The notes under the pieces are model-generated. The model searched no databases, was not told where the DNA came from, and saw only the letters and a program-made list of their open reading frames with translations. This document shows, one piece after another, positions 49,459 through 63,604 of a stretch of DNA of 64,000 nt. The stretch spans positions 54,374,001-54,438,000 of the forward strand of contig OX597827.1 of the NCBI GenBank assembly GCA_951406725.2, written 5' to 3'. The position numbers and the translations under genes were made by a program. The stretch comes from Octopus vulgaris (lineage: Eukaryota). Within the stretch, counting starts at the first letter, position 1; each line of letters opens with the position of its first letter.

Positions 49459-52093
49459 ATAAAGTATGAGTCAAGTACTGGAGATTCATTTCTTTTGATA
49501 GATCCCTCCCCTGGATTTTTGACTCTGTGCTTAAGTTTGAAACTATGAAGAGTAGTGCACTCATAGAATCCTTAGAGATTGGGCAAATTTGCCTTGTGGG
49601 ATTTAATTCTGGTTCTTTACGTTCTTTACTCAAATCCTACTAAGGTCACCTTTGCCCTCAATCCTTCTAGGGTCGATATATTTGGCTAACCCCATCCTCT
49701 AAATATCAGCCTAAAAAACATTCGAGCGAGGTCATTGCTAGTGCCGCTGGACTGGCCCATGTGCAGGTGGCACATAAAAAGCACCATTTGAGTGTGGCCG
49801 CTGCCAGTACCACCTGACTGGCCCTTGTGCAGCTGGCACATAAAAGCACCCACTACACTTTCGGAGTGGTTGGCGCTAGGAAGGGCATCCAGCTGTAGAA
49901 ACTCTGCCAGATCAGATTGGAGTCTGGTGCAGCCATCTGGTTCGCCAGACCTCAGTCAAATCATCCAACCCATGCTAGCATGGAAAGCGGATGTTAATCG
50001 ATGATGATGTACCAATATTTGAAATTATTAGTAGCTGAAAATGCCTTACACGATTTCTCTCAGTTCTATACATCCTTTGCTTTTATTCTGTCCAAGATAT
50101 AAAAAAAAATAATACCAGTCATATACTGGGGTTGATATGTTTGCTCCCTTCTCCCAAGTTTTTCACCTTGCATGTATATATAAGAAACCATTTGAGTGCA
50201 TTAGAAAAATCATTAGAATGTCAAATAAAATGCCTTACAGTATTTGTTCCACTTCTCTACTTCTGGGGTTCAAATTCCACTAAGGTCAACTTTCTCTTTC
50301 ATCCTTCCAGAATTGATAAAAAAAAAATTGAAAAATTGAAAATTCTGTTTTTTTTAGCTAAATCAGAAACTATTATTATTGTTATTATTATTTGAACACA
50401 TGGCCTAGTGGTTAGGGTGTATTGCAAGATTATGGTTTCAATTCTTAGACCAGGTGGTGCATTGTGCTCTTGAGCAAGTCACTTCATCTCACATCGCTCT
50501 GCGATTACTTCGACACATGACACATGCTACACTGTACACCTGTTCAGACCAATGTCGATTTGATGGAAAGAGCATGCTAATGTGTGGTACAAACATTTCA
50601 TCACTATATACAAATCATTTGTGCTGGTCAGTCGGCAAAAGCTGAACATTCATACATCGTCTTCGATAAGAGAGTCCATCATCATCATTATTATTATTAT
50701 TATTGTTATTGTCATTGTTGTTGTTGTTATTATTATTATTATTACTAAGGCAGCAAGCTGGCTGAATTGTTAGCATGCTGGGCTAAATGCTTAGCAGCAT
50801 TTTGTCTGTCTTTATGTTCTGTGTTCAAATTCTGCCGAGGTTGACTTTGCCTTTCATCCTTTTGGGGTCAATAAATTAAATACCAGACAAGTACTGAGGT
50901 CAACGTGATCGACTAACCCACTCACCACAAATTTCAGGCCTTGTGCCTTTAGTAGAAAAGATTATTATTATTATTATTAAGGCAGTGAGCTGGAAGAATT
51001 GTTAGCACACTAGGCAAAATACTTAGCAGTATTTCGTCTGACTTTATGTTCTGAGTTCAAATGCTGCTGGGGTCAATGTTGCCTTTCATCCTTTTGGGAG
51101 TGATAAAATAGGTACAAATTGAACACTGGAGTCAATGTAATTGACTAGTCTCCTCCCCCAAAATTTCAGGCCTTGTGCCTATAGTAGAAAGAATTATTAT
51201 TATTAAGTCCAAATTCTGCAAGATTTTAATCAAAGAATCATCAATTATATATTGAGGAATCTACATCTCTTCATTATATTTTGTGTCAATTAAGTTGGCA
51301 ACCTTGTTGCTGTTTAATTCTAGGTGGACCCTAAATAAGCAGACTCTGATCAAAAGTATTTCCATCCATCTTCACCACCAGCAGACAACATTGTCCAATG
51401 TGTCCTTCCTCATTTGAGATGATAAGGTGCAATTTAAGAGAGATTTGGTTGCTGTTTCTAGCAAGTCAAGTGAAATACTTTATAGTCTCAATGTTCAATA
51501 CCAAAAATTTAATTTTTGTGTTAGCAAAATGCAGAAATTAACTTCATTGTTACAAATGTATGGTTGATGATTATGAAAAAAATATACTTTATATGCTGTT
51601 TTTTTGTGAGCTATATCTGTAAACAACCCCCTAAAGGGGCTCTATTTTACATATAAAATGAGAATATATTTTTTTACAATTAATAATGAAAATTATTATG
51701 GATGTTTAATTTACGAGTTGAATGTAATTTCCATATTGAAGACATTGTACTAGCAAATGAGATATTAATTCATATTATTTATAAAACATGTATAAATATT
51801 AGTAGCTTTATTTTTTTAAATTATACAATATTCTTTCTTCCTGTAACCTACTTGAAAGGTGCTGTTCTCCTGCTGAAAATTTTGTAATAACTTAAAAAAT
51901 ATGAGTGAAAATACAAGTGTTTATAAATTTAGATTATAAAAGAATGTAAAGCTATTGGTTGTTCGAATGTTTTTCTTCTTTTCATCCTTTTTTCATAAAC
52001 ATACATACATACATATGTACATGCGTACATACATACATACATACGTACGTACATACATACATACATACATACATACATACATACATACATACA

Positions 52094-52138
<45 letters not shown>

Positions 52139-52139
52139 A

Positions 52140-52560
52140 TCAGTAAGTTATTTAAGAAGACGTAAGTACTCTTCTCATTTTACTTGGACTCAGTAACTAA
52201 GCCAAGATTTACTTTGAGGCTATGAAAAAGCCCGAGATGAGCGAGAAACTCTGCTATCACATGGGAATTTTTGAACATGCCAGTATCAATCACAAGTTTG
52301 CTTCCAACCCACAAGCATTATACAGAGAGATGAGGAAGGAAAACATTGCCATTAAGAAAGCTCCCTCCCAAGAAGATCTACAATCATTCTGGTCAAAAAT
52401 TTGGAATGGAAAGTGGGATTTCAACCTGAATGCATCATGAGAGAGAATACTGTACCAACACTAACAGTAAAACATACAAATTTGAAGCAGAAACCTTCGC
52501 TAAAGCAGTAGACAAACTGCAGAATGGGAAGGCACTTGGAAGGGACCTAATAGAAGCTGA
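52140..52560 (+). mobile_element. Decayed R4/Dong-like non-LTR fragment next to (TAC)n
   Basis: NHKFASNPQALYREM...APSQEDLQSFWSKIW...LQNGKALGRDLI resembles the pre-RT region. Confidence 0.55.
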
Positions 52561-52846
52561 GGGTCCATGCAAGCAAAGTTGTAAATTGGGGATTCATAGC
52601 AGTAATTACAGGGTGCAGGGAAAAGTTTTTACTTTAGCTACATTTTTTGTAAGAAACAGCTAAGTTTCTAGCCACTGAAACATGTTCTTCCAGAGAGTGT
52701 TTTTGCAAACCTACCAACTACATGGTTCCAGATCCAGTCCCACTGTGTGGCATCTTGGCCAAGTGTCTTCTACTATAGCCTTGGGCCAACCAAAGCCTTG
52801 TGAGTGGATTTGGTAGACGGAACCTGAAAGAAGCCTGTCGTATATA

Positions 52847-53358
52847 CCATAAATCCTCGAGTATAGTCTGCCCTTGAGTATAATACGCAGAGGATTTTTA
52901 GTGGGCTGTACCTCTGAAAAACCTAAACTTTGTATATAATACGCTCCCCACCTTCTTAACTTGAGTCAAGGAGGTCTATATAACGTCCTTGGTTTGTAAA
53001 AATGTATATGGTAATGTCCTTTATTATTATTGTTCATATAACATAATGCAAACGTGTAGCTTTTTTGTGCATTTTGTTTGCAGAAATTAAATACATAACA
53101 GTAATAATGTTTAATAAATGTTGCTTACTGCAAGTTACGAATGATTCTTTTATGACTTCATTGCTTTCAGGTTTAGCTTAAGGTATTTTCGTGCTCGACA
53201 TTACAAAATGCGTCTGAATAAACATTGCCACAGCAAATAGAGACTCGGACATTGCTTAGAAAATAATTTTCTTTTTTAACCTTGTATATAGCATGCACTA
53301 GGGATTTTGACTTTTAAATTTTGGGAAAAAAATGTGGATTATACTCGAGGATTTACGG
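52847..53358. mobile_element. pogo/Tigger-type MITE (512 bp) inserted in a family C SINE
   Basis: TA-CCATAAATCCTCGAGTATA ... TATACTCGAGGATTTACGG-TA inverted termini; SINE sequence resumes on both sides. Confidence 0.85.
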
Positions 53359-55599
53359 TATGTGTGTGTGCTCATGTGTCTGTGTTTGTCCCCCCAACAT
53401 CGCTTGACAACTGATGCTAGTGCATTTACACCCCCATAACTTAGCAGTTCAGCAAAAGAGACCGATAGAATAAGTACTAGCCTAACAAAGAATGAGTACT
53501 AAAGGTGGTGCTCCAGCATGGCTGCAGTCAAATGACTGAAACAAGTAAAAGAATAAAAGCGAGTGAAAAACAAAACAAGAATTTTGAAAGTAGCGATAAA
53601 ATTAGTTTTTAAACTCTGAATGACTATGGGAGTTCACCTGAATAAAAGAGTAATCAAATGGGTCCATAGATTTTAAATGGTTGAGAAACACTGCTTTGGT
53701 CAATGTGAGAATCATTAGATAAACAGTATTGATAATTATCATATGATGATTTCATCCTGTTCTGTAACTTTCTTATAGGAAAAAATACATTTAACTTATA
53801 CATTAATAAAAAACAGTTGTATAATTTATGCAATTCTTTTGTATCTAGTCGAGACTTTCAGTAATGTAGCTCTCATGTAAAACAATAGTTACTGGTATCC
53901 AGTAATTTTTTACAGCCCAGTCAGAGAAGAATGGCAAGAGCTGTGAATTTTTTATGAGATTTCAGAGACTGTTGGGAGAAAGGAGGGAGAAACTATGACT
54001 CATCAGATATCTGCAGACCAGAAATATAATTCATTAATGGCACCCAAGGACCTGGTTTCTTAAGTGTTCTTTGACTGACCAGATCTCTATATAAACCAGT
54101 GAGGAATTTAGCATATCATCATCCAAGAACAAGTAGAGTCCATTTGACAAGCTTCCAAATATCAGTCACAAGGCTTATGTTAATGTAGGTTTATACAAAA
54201 GGTGCTAGCTTAAGGTACCATACATTGGGACTGAATCAAGAAACTTATGATGGCAGGAAGTGAACTTCAATTCATTGAATCACAACCATACTTGTGCATA
54301 GATATTTTATGCCTGCTTGTCACTCTATCTAAAAGAAAGAAAAATTAGAGAAGATAAAGAAACAAGATACCTGGTAGTATCTAGGTTATATAAGAAGACC
54401 AACCCAATAATGTACTAAGTTAGGTGCAGAGCTGAAGGGAGTGGAGTTGCATGATCACTGGTAGCTTTAGGCATGGTTCATGAAAATATGTTACATACCA
54501 TGATATCTTTAATCCTTTTGATATCAACCCACACAAGCTGACCCTTGGTTCTGTGGTACAAACTTTCTATTTTAAAGTGATTTAACTTAAAATTTCCCAT
54601 TGATTTTGTTGTGTCTAGGAAGAGTCATTATGCCAATATTTATTTCTTTACTACCCACAAGGGGCTAAAGAGGGGACAAACAAAGACAGACAAACGGATT
54701 ACGTCGATTATATCGACTCCAGTGCGTAACTGGTACTTAATTTATCGGCCCTGAAAGGATGAAAGGCAAAGTCGACCTCGGCGGAATCTGAACTCAGAAC
54801 GTAACGGCAGATGAAATACGGCTACGCATTTCACCCGGCGTGCCAACGTTTCTGCCAGCTCACCGCCTTCATCATTATGCCAATATTATTAGCACATGCA
54901 CTGGTTCAATTCCACTCCTTTATTATTAGTCAATTGGTTAAATATCCAACTAACTGATCAATTATTTGTTTAATTTGGTTAAACAGTAAATCATTTGTTT
55001 TTGTCAAAGCTCTTTCATTGCTATTTCCCATTAAAGTTTTATGTTAATTTATGTTCCAAAACTTAGCTTAATAACAACAAAGTTATTTTATTATGTACTT
55101 GATTAATCTATAAATTAATTGAAATAAAGAGGATGTATTTCAATATAAGCACAGCAACAAAAGGTTAATCTATAGTAAAATCCACATTCTTTTTTTTTAA
55201 ATTTTATTTTAATGCTTGGCTTTTGAGTTTGAGTGAGATGTCAAGGTAGCCATTACACTTAACTGTTATTTGAAATCATAAGTCATATTTACTTAAAATC
55301 ATTATTATAACACAAATGGGTAATTAATATGGTGAAGTAAGGACAGCTTGTTGGATAATATCAACAACTATAGGTACAAGGTTTGGTTTCATGAATTTCG
55401 TATCTTTTATAGTATTTTGAGGAGTCATACATATAAGTTCTTTATTTTCCTGTTATTTTGGCATTTTCATTTACTTCCTCATCCTCTAATTATTGATAGC
55501 TCAGGTGACAAGTACTTTTTATTTTTTTATTTTTTTACCTGTTACTTATTCTGTCAGTCTCTTTTTGCTGAACCACTAAGTTATGGGAAGATATACATA

Positions 55600-56050
55600 G
55601 ATGAGGTGGTATGAAGAAGTTCCTGGACTTGTTTTGTAGTGCACCAACAAATGGCAGCATGCAGTTGTGTACACAGTGAGATGAAGGTCACAGTGACCTT
55701 CATGAGGCAGTGTGCCAGCTGACATTGCTGTTTACTTCATAACTTGTGAAATTTGTGTTTTTGTGATCATGTGTATGCTGTAGTCTGCGATTTTGTCATA
55801 GACAGAATAAGAAGCCAACATGAAATTTTATGTTAATCTTGGGAAGTGTACCACAGAGACACTGAACATGCTTTGGCAAGCTTATGGCAATGATTGCACA
55901 CAATGTTTTGGGTGGCACTGGCTCTTTAAAAACAGAAGAATATCCCTGGAAGACCTGTCATGAGCGTCGCTCCTGGAAACGGGAAGAAAATTCATCAGGT
56001 TTTATATGAGGATCATTGGAGGAAATTAACATTGGCTAATGTTGATTATT
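55600..56050 (+). mobile_element. Mariner 5' fragment (TIR plus decayed HTH)
   Basis: MKFYVNLGKCTTETLNMLWQAYG...QCFGWHWLFKNRRISLED. Confidence 0.7.
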
Positions 56051-56307
56051 GGCTAATGAATGACATGAAAATCATTTTCGCTATAAATCAATAAAGAGTT
56101 ATTAGCAATTAAAGTTTGAAAATTTTGGATAATTTTAGCCAATTGTAAGCCACAGACACATTCATGCCTGTTTCCATAGTAATGAGTGGAAGCAAGAACC
56201 CTTTTATCTGAGAAAGTACGTGTTGACAAATTTGACACAGTATTTTGTTGGAAATTTTTCTGTTTGATTATGGCAGCAAGCTCCTGTAACTCCACTTCTA
56301 TGATGAG

Positions 56308-56612
56308 TGGAGGCACATGGCCTGGTGGTTAGAGCAGCGAACTCGCAGTCGAGGGATTGCAGGTTCGAATCTCAGACCGGGTGATGTGTGTGTTTATGAG
56401 CCAAACACCTAAGCTCCACGCAGCTCCGGCAGAAGGTAATGGCAAACTTCTGCTGACTCTTTCGCCACAACTTTCTCTCACTCTTTCCTCCTGCATCTTG
56501 CAGCTCACCTGCGACAGACCAGCATCCCGTCCAGGTGGTGGGGAACCTATACACCAAGGAAACCGGGAAACCGGCCCTTATGAGCCAGGTGTAGCTCAAG
56601 AAGGAACAAAAA
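56308..56612 (+). mobile_element. tRNA-derived SINE (family B variant)
   Basis: tggcctggtggttagagc...ggttcgaatctc head; aaaccgggaaaccggcccttatgagcc tail. Confidence 0.8.
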
Positions 56613-57025
56613 CTTTTATGATGCAAACACTGAAAACAGAGGAGAATATTGTGTTGTACCTTCAAGAAAAGGGTATAGTCCGAATCATGACACACTGGAA
56701 GAATTCCTACATCACTCAATTCTTCCAGGAACCACAATTTTCAGTGATTTGTGGAGGGCGTACTCTCACATTTCTGAAGTTAGTGGTTACAATTTTAAGC
56801 ATAGAACGGTGAACCACATTGTTGGGTTTGTTAACTTGAAAGATGGTACCCACACTCAACAAGTGGAGAGTACGTGGGCCTCTGTGAAGCGAAGTAATAA
56901 ATGACACTGTGACACTCACCATTCTGTGGTAGACTCATATCTCTGTGAATTTATGTGGCACAGGAGATACAAAAATTGTGATTTGTTTGAGAAATTGATT
57001 GAATGTATTTCTAGCTTGCATTTTT
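56613..57025 (+). mobile_element. Merlin (IS1016/ISXO2-like DDE) transposase remnant
   Basis: ILPGTTIFSDLWRAYSHI...HRTVNHIVGFVNLKDGTHTQQVESTWASVK...DSYLCEFMWHRRY with a stop and a frameshift. Confidence 0.85.
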
Positions 57026-57774
57026 GATTATAAAAATATTTTGTAATAGTGTATGCTTAAATGTTTGTTTTTTAAGCATATTTTGTTCACTCTTTTATTT
57101 CCATATATAACATATACACATGTACATCTTTTAGAACATTGACATTTTATAAGATTTTGCTGACAAATTTTTTAAATTAACATAAACATTTATTTACATG
57201 AAAGAAAATTACTGGAGAACCTTTATTTAATTCTTCAAATCTTTCTGTTAAAACTGTATTGAAACCATTTGTGGGGGAAAATTGTAATGCGTTTATTGCA
57301 GGTAACATGTTGTTCATCGCATTTGAATTAAATGCATATTGAATGCTTAAAACTACTTGTTTAAACGTTTCTTTTTGTCATTGATGTGGTTGTGAGCTGT
57401 GCTAAAAAATAACAGCTAAATAACGTTTTTTGGATAAATCTTTTAAGTTTGTGCTAACGCATTAAATGCATATTGAATGCTTCAAACTACAAAACACGTG
57501 TTGTTTACAAATATTGACAACACATGCTGCTTTCAGGATGTTGATGACAAAATGTATAGTTATGCACAAATTGACAACTTCCAAATCCTGTTTCCTGATT
57601 GGGTGAAAATGATCAAAGTTTAAACGTCTATAAATGTTTAAAAACATTTATCTGGAAAAATGATATTACTCCAGCAATTCAGCTTGGAAAAGTATATTAT
57701 TATACCAAATTTTAAAATTTTCCATAATCTTTAATTTTTGAAATGCTGGCAGCCAAACCAGTTAGATCCTTAAA

Positions 57775-58022
57775 CATAACTATCCTGGGAACCTTTTGAT
57801 ACGACCTCGATCATGTTACACAATTTCCAACAGAATTTCTCAACTCCCAAGATCCTCCCCATGAACTTCACTTAAAAGTTGGTTGCCCTATCATCCTCCT
57901 ATGCAATCTAAACACACCCACCCCATGCAATAGAACTCGCCTTGTGGTCAAATAATTGATGGACCACATTACTGAAGCCCAAATTTTCATGGGACATAGC
58001 AAAAATGATACCATTTTCATTA
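57775..58022 (+). mobile_element. Helitron PIF1-like helicase fragment
   Basis: FPTEFLNSQDPPHELHLKVGCPIILLCNLNTPTPCNRTRLVVK*L. Confidence 0.85.
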
Positions 58023-58149
58023 TCAACTTGAAATGACTTCTAACTACTGGCTAATTCAACTTAAACTATCCAATAATTAAGCCAAAAGACAAGTGTATTT
58101 GCGTGTGTGTGTGTGTGTGTCTGTGTGTATATGTGTGTGTGTGTGTGTC

Positions 58150-58181
<32 letters not shown>

Positions 58182-59949
58182 AGACGTTAAATGATGATGA
58201 TGATATATACATATATATATCTTCCCATAACTTAGTGGTTTTCAAGAGCTGTAATGATGGCTCACATAGCTTAAACATTACAGTATGCTGTCATAATAAT
58301 CTCAACTGCAAATTCATATTTGTGGAAACTTGTGTTTGCTTTTATTTCTCAGTAATTAAATAATCCAGTCACTTATTTTCCTGCCCTCATCAGAGTGATA
58401 GTAACGAAGTTGAAAGCAAAGCCTTATTTGACAGGTATCTTTCATGGTAAAATTTCACAGTTGTCAAACTCAATATTAAGAACGAATGAAAATGGAAAAT
58501 TTTTTACAATACTTCTGTTTTCCATCACTGTCTGCTGTTCTTAGCTGTTTACCTTTCTACTGGGTCACCAAGTTAAATGCCCTGGTGAGAGTGTTGGAGA
58601 AATGGTGTTGAGCAGGGCTGGAAAAAAATGTAAAAAAGTTTGAATTGTTTACTCACTCATTCAGTCATGAAGTAGGATAAATCAATAGTCTATATAAATA
58701 TTTTGCTTTGTGCTTGAACTAAAAGAATTTCTATAATCCATTCCGTCCTTGTTAATATAGAGAACTGTCGGCTGATTTGCAAATATGTGTAGTTGTGGGG
58801 AGACTAACTTATCTAAATTTAGAAAACTGAAAGTCGGACAGTACAGACAAATAAAGTAACATTGTTTTATGTTGGTAAATACTGAAAAGAACCCAGCTAA
58901 GAGAGCTTCATCACTAGTAATTTCAATATCTTATAACAGCAACCTTAACACATGCAATAATGCAGCAACAATACACTGAATTCATAAGGAGTGAAGAAAT
59001 CTGATTACAGAATGATAAGACATTTCTTAAGTCAATAGCAATGTAACAACCATTAACACTACAGTGGAAGTCTCTACACAGGTTCTCAATCCCTATGCTA
59101 GAAATACCAGCTAAATCTACTCTAATCATTATGCTCAATCCTTTTTTCCTATTATGCCACCTCTTAAATTCCCTCCCCACCTTCCTGCTCTTACTTTTCC
59201 AACAGTTGGTGATTAAGGAAGGTTCACGAAGAATACCTTTGGTATCAATCTTACTAATCTAGGACGAGACCCAGTAAATAATAAAAATAAAATGGAAAGA
59301 TATATTAAATAAATTTAGTCATAGACAACTTAATACTTAAATAAAATATGGGCTGATGGGATGTTACATAATCTGGTATACAAAATTGAAGTAGCCATCT
59401 ATTGAGGTGTGGCTGTGTGGTAAGAGGCTTTCTTCTCAACCACATGGTTCTGGGTTCAGTCCCACTGCATGGCACTTTGGACAAGTGTCTTCTACTATAA
59501 CCTCAAGCTGACCAAAGCCTTTGGCAGGTGCATTTGGCAGAAGGAAACTGAGAGAAGCCGGTTGTGTGTATATGTATGTGTAGGTGTGTGTGTCTTTGTG
59601 TCAGGAGAGGGGGTAAGTCAATTACATCAACCCCAATGCTTGACTGGTATTTATTTTATCAACCTCAAAAGGACGAAAGGCGAAGTCAACCTTAGCAGAA
59701 TTTCAGCTCAGGATGTAAAGATGGACAAAATGCTGCTGAGCATTTTCCCCAGCATGCTAATGTTTCTGTCAGCTCACTGCCTTAGTGTTAGATATAATAT
59801 TGCTTTCAAATTTTGGCGCAAGGCCAGCAAGTTCAGAGGAGGGGGTAAGTTTATTAATTCAACCCCAGTCCTAGTGCTCAACTGGTACTTATTTTATTGA
59901 CCCCAAAAGAATGAAAGGCAAAGTCGACCTTGGTGAAATTGCTTCTTTT

Positions 59950-61960
59950 AGAGAACACATCAAAGCACCCAGTGAACTTTATTTAAGTTTCTGATAATGT
60001 AAGAATAATGTATATCCCCAAGAATATGAATTCTTCTCCCTGGGCCATGGATCATGGTTTGATAGTTAACTTCAAGGTACATTATCTGAAAACTTCAAAC
60101 AACTTATGATAGCAATTGACAGAGAAGATACACCTACAGATAGGAACTTAATAGATGCTGTAGATGATGTAGTTAAGTCATGGAATGAAGTGGAACCTTC
60201 AGCTTTGAATGGTACTTAGAGAAAATATATGACCAGATTGCTTCTGTGACTTCACAAGGTTTTACAAGCAGAAAGTCTACACCAAATTCATGAAGAGATT
60301 GTGGTGCTTGTATTTGGTTGTCAAGTATGAAATTTGCAGAAAAGACAAAAAAGTTTGCTAATGTTTTATAAATACAAGGAATAGTTTTATTCAGAAAATA
60401 TGTACCCATATTGTCAATACACTTTTGCCATTTCAACGGTAACTTGTCCAGCCCAGAACTGTAAAAGCCTTGCAATCCAGAGCCAATAAAATCTTGGAAG
60501 GCCTGTTTTACAGCATCATTGGAATAAATTTTTTTTCCTATCAAAAAATTATACAAGTTTTGGAAGAAGTGGTAGTCAGTGGGGGAAAAATCAGGTGTGC
60601 ATGGTGGATGATGAAGAACTTCCAACTCCAACTCCTGTAGGTTCACCAGTGTCATTTTTGTGATGTGTGGTCTGGCGTTGCCTTGCAATAAAATAGGGGT
60701 GGATCTGTTGACTAGTCTAGGCTGGGTTTTTTTTGTAAGTTTCTGCATCATTTGGTCCAATTAGCTGCAGTGTACTTCAGCCGGGATTGATGAGCCAGGT
60801 TTAATGAAATCATAATGGATCACACCTGCACCAGACCATCAAATACACACCATCAGCTTCTTTCAATGAATTTTGCTTTTTGGACTGTGTTTTGGTGGCT
60901 CGTCTTTGTCCAACCATTGTGCTGAATGTTTACAGTTGTTGTATTTGATCTGTTTCTTATCACGTTACAATTCAATTCAAAAATGATTCATTTTTGTGAC
61001 GAAAAAGTAGCATAATGCAGGCTTCCAAACGTTGTTGTTTCTGATTTTCATTGAGTTCATGTGGAACCCACTTATCCAACTTTTTCACTTTACCAATTTG
61101 AACTAGATGAGTCACTATTATTTGCTTGCTAACACCAAACAGCAACAACAATTCACTGGCACTTTGAGATGGATCTGACACGATGGTGGCTTTCAGTTTG
61201 TCATTATCCACCTTTGTTTCTGGTCGACCACGTTGCTCATTTGTGAGGTCAAAGTTACCAGAACGGAATTTTTCAAACCAATTTGATATTGCCTGCTGTG
61301 TAATAACATTAAAATGAAATATTTCATTAATATTCTGAGCTGTCTCTGATGCTGCATTTCCAAGAAAGAACTCATATTTCAAAACTGTACAAATTTCCGA
61401 CTTATCCGTCTCTAAACAAAAATAGCAAAAAACAATTTATAAATACTTTATAAAGCACAAAATGAGTTAGAATAAAGTAATAACTGTGTCAGCTTTCTAA
61501 CAAAAAATAAAGTTTGTCAAATATAAAAATGGTGCAAAATGAGCAACTGTCAAAGTTTACCATATATCTTACTTTAAATTTCATACTTGACGACCTAATA
61601 AATGATGGAGGGTTTGAAGAAGTCATAGGGGATGATGTGGTTGAGTTGCTAGTGTCCCATAGAGGAAGTTTATCTAATGACAAGTTGATGCTGCTAAAAC
61701 TAGAGCAAGCTGAAAATACTGATAAGAATACAGAAATTCCACTCCACTTGAACTGACTGCAAAGAATATTGCTAACAGATTGGCACTTATAGAGGAAGGT
61801 CTGCAAGTTTTTGTTGATAACAACCCTAATCGTGACTGTAACATAAAAATTACAAGTGAAGTTTTCAATGGTCTCACTTACTACGCTGATCTCCACAAAG
61901 TAATAAATGTACTATAAACATCAAACAACTTTGGAAAAGTTCTTCACTCTGAAGTGGATG
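59950..61960 (+). mobile_element. Decayed Tigger/pogo DDE_1 transposase interrupted by a mariner
   Basis: NVRIMYIPKN...MDHGLIVNFKVHYL, DAVDDVVKSWNEV before the insertion; GFEEVIGDDVVELLVSHRGSLSND after it. Confidence 0.75.
60313..61598 (-). mobile_element. Full-length (1286 bp) mariner element, inactivated
   Basis: TA-flanked TIRs TT(A/T)GGT(C/T)GTCAAGTATGAAATTT; KLDKWVPHEL, LLQGNARPH, HPPCTPDFSPTDYHFF motifs; apparent start ATG>ACG near 61409, in-frame stop at 60972. Confidence 0.93.
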
Positions 61961-62319
61961 TTGATGATGATTAACTATCATATAGAAGATAGTGGCCCTC
62001 ATCCTCTCAGTAACTTTCATTTCACCTTCAACCCTCACACAGTAGACAACATCTTTTGTGGTAAGAACATAACTTATTACAATATTATGATTTATATTTA
62101 TTCCTTAACGTATTTCTCTTCAAATGTTTTTATGTATACTAATCTAAATCGTTCGAAATTGTTATTTTCAAGCATAAAAGTGTCTGTGTAGCTTGTTTGT
62201 TGTTGTTGCTGTTGCTTTTGCAAAAAATCAGTTGGAATGTATTATCACTTTTATACAAGTGAATCTAGTTAATTCCGCAATGATGATGACATTATATCTG
62301 CAGTTAAAATAATATAATA

Positions 62320-62760
62320 ATAATGAAATTATTGTATACAGTGCTCAGGTGCACCACAACTTGTCAAAAGTGCGTATAAAGCATATGCAGTAATGTACAA
62401 ATGTCTGGAAAGTGAACAGTGTATGAGTCAGATACATGCTTGCGTGTGTATGGAGGGAGAAAATCAGGTGTAGTGTTGGCGAATCTCAGGAAGCATGGAA
62501 GTTTTGAAGGATGCAGTGCTCTGACAACTGACAACTGATGCCGGCAGTTTGTTCCATGCTTCAGCAACTCTTAGTGTGAAAAAATGTTTTGAAAGTCATG
62601 GGAGCTGTGCCGTTTTCTGACTTTGTAAACATGTCCATGGGTGTTAGACAGGTGGAGTTTGAAAAGGTGCTCAGAGTTATTGTTTGTAAGATGGTTAATA
62701 ATTTCATGGGTGTCTGCCAAGTCAGCTGCCGGACGTCGGAGTTGATGATATTTTTGAGCA
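62320..62760 (-). mobile_element. CR1-like LINE 3' end
   Basis: near-identical to 33395-33750; THGHVYKVRKRHSSHDF. Confidence 0.8.
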
Positions 62761-63604
62761 ATAAGATGAAAGCTTTCTTCCCCAATGGGATCCAAGCTCT
62801 ACAACACAATGACATGTGTGGAATGCATGGAGAACTACATTGAAAAATAAATCTCATTTGGTCACACTCCATGAGGGTATCTTGGTCAACCTTTGAACTT
62901 TTCAGTTAGCCCTTGTAACATCAGAAAGAAAGATTCCAACAGTTGATACAAAGCATGAGAAGCATTGGAGTATGTGAATGGAAGTTGTCATGTGCTTGCC
63001 ATTCTCATTGAAATTAGAAACACAAGTAAAATAATTGCTGTGTGTAGATATCACAAAAGAGATTATTGTTTAGTTCTAGATCAACCCTAACTTACCAGAC
63101 TCATGATCAAGGGTATTCCAACCATGACCATCCCATCTTTTGTGAAGTTGGGGGAGGACTTTCTAGAACTATATTATCTAAGTTGTTTAAGATGGTGATG
63201 GAAGACTTGGCTGTTATTTTTAGCAGATTGAGTGACCATGTAGAGACCTTCCTTATTGGTTCCAAATTTTGAACATTGTTAGAACAGACCCTACCTTTAC
63301 TGTATAGATCGTATTTGTTAATATAACAACAATTTTTTTACATTATAACACTGCCTTGTATTTAGAGGGGTAACTCTATACAATGATCAGACATAACACC
63401 TTTATTAAACATATCCCTTAACATATTCTATGTAAGGTAAATTAAATGACATAGTTTGATCAGGAAATCAGAATAGCTTCAAAAGTATCAGCTTATTATG
63501 GACTTTACTTCTACACTAGAGCATTCACCACCACAACAATAATAATAATTCTTTCTACTATAAGCACAAAGCCTGAAATGTTGGATGAGGGGGCTAGTCA
63601 ATTA

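Noticed and set aside
56308-56385. tRNA-like sequence with A and B boxes
   Set aside because: It is the head of a SINE and continues into the shared SINE body; I could not fold a complete cloverleaf.
62906-62969. Possible exon LALVTSERKIPTVDTKHEKHW with gtatgt donor
   Set aside because: The acceptor falls in what looks like a mariner-type terminal repeat and the peptide has no family similarity.
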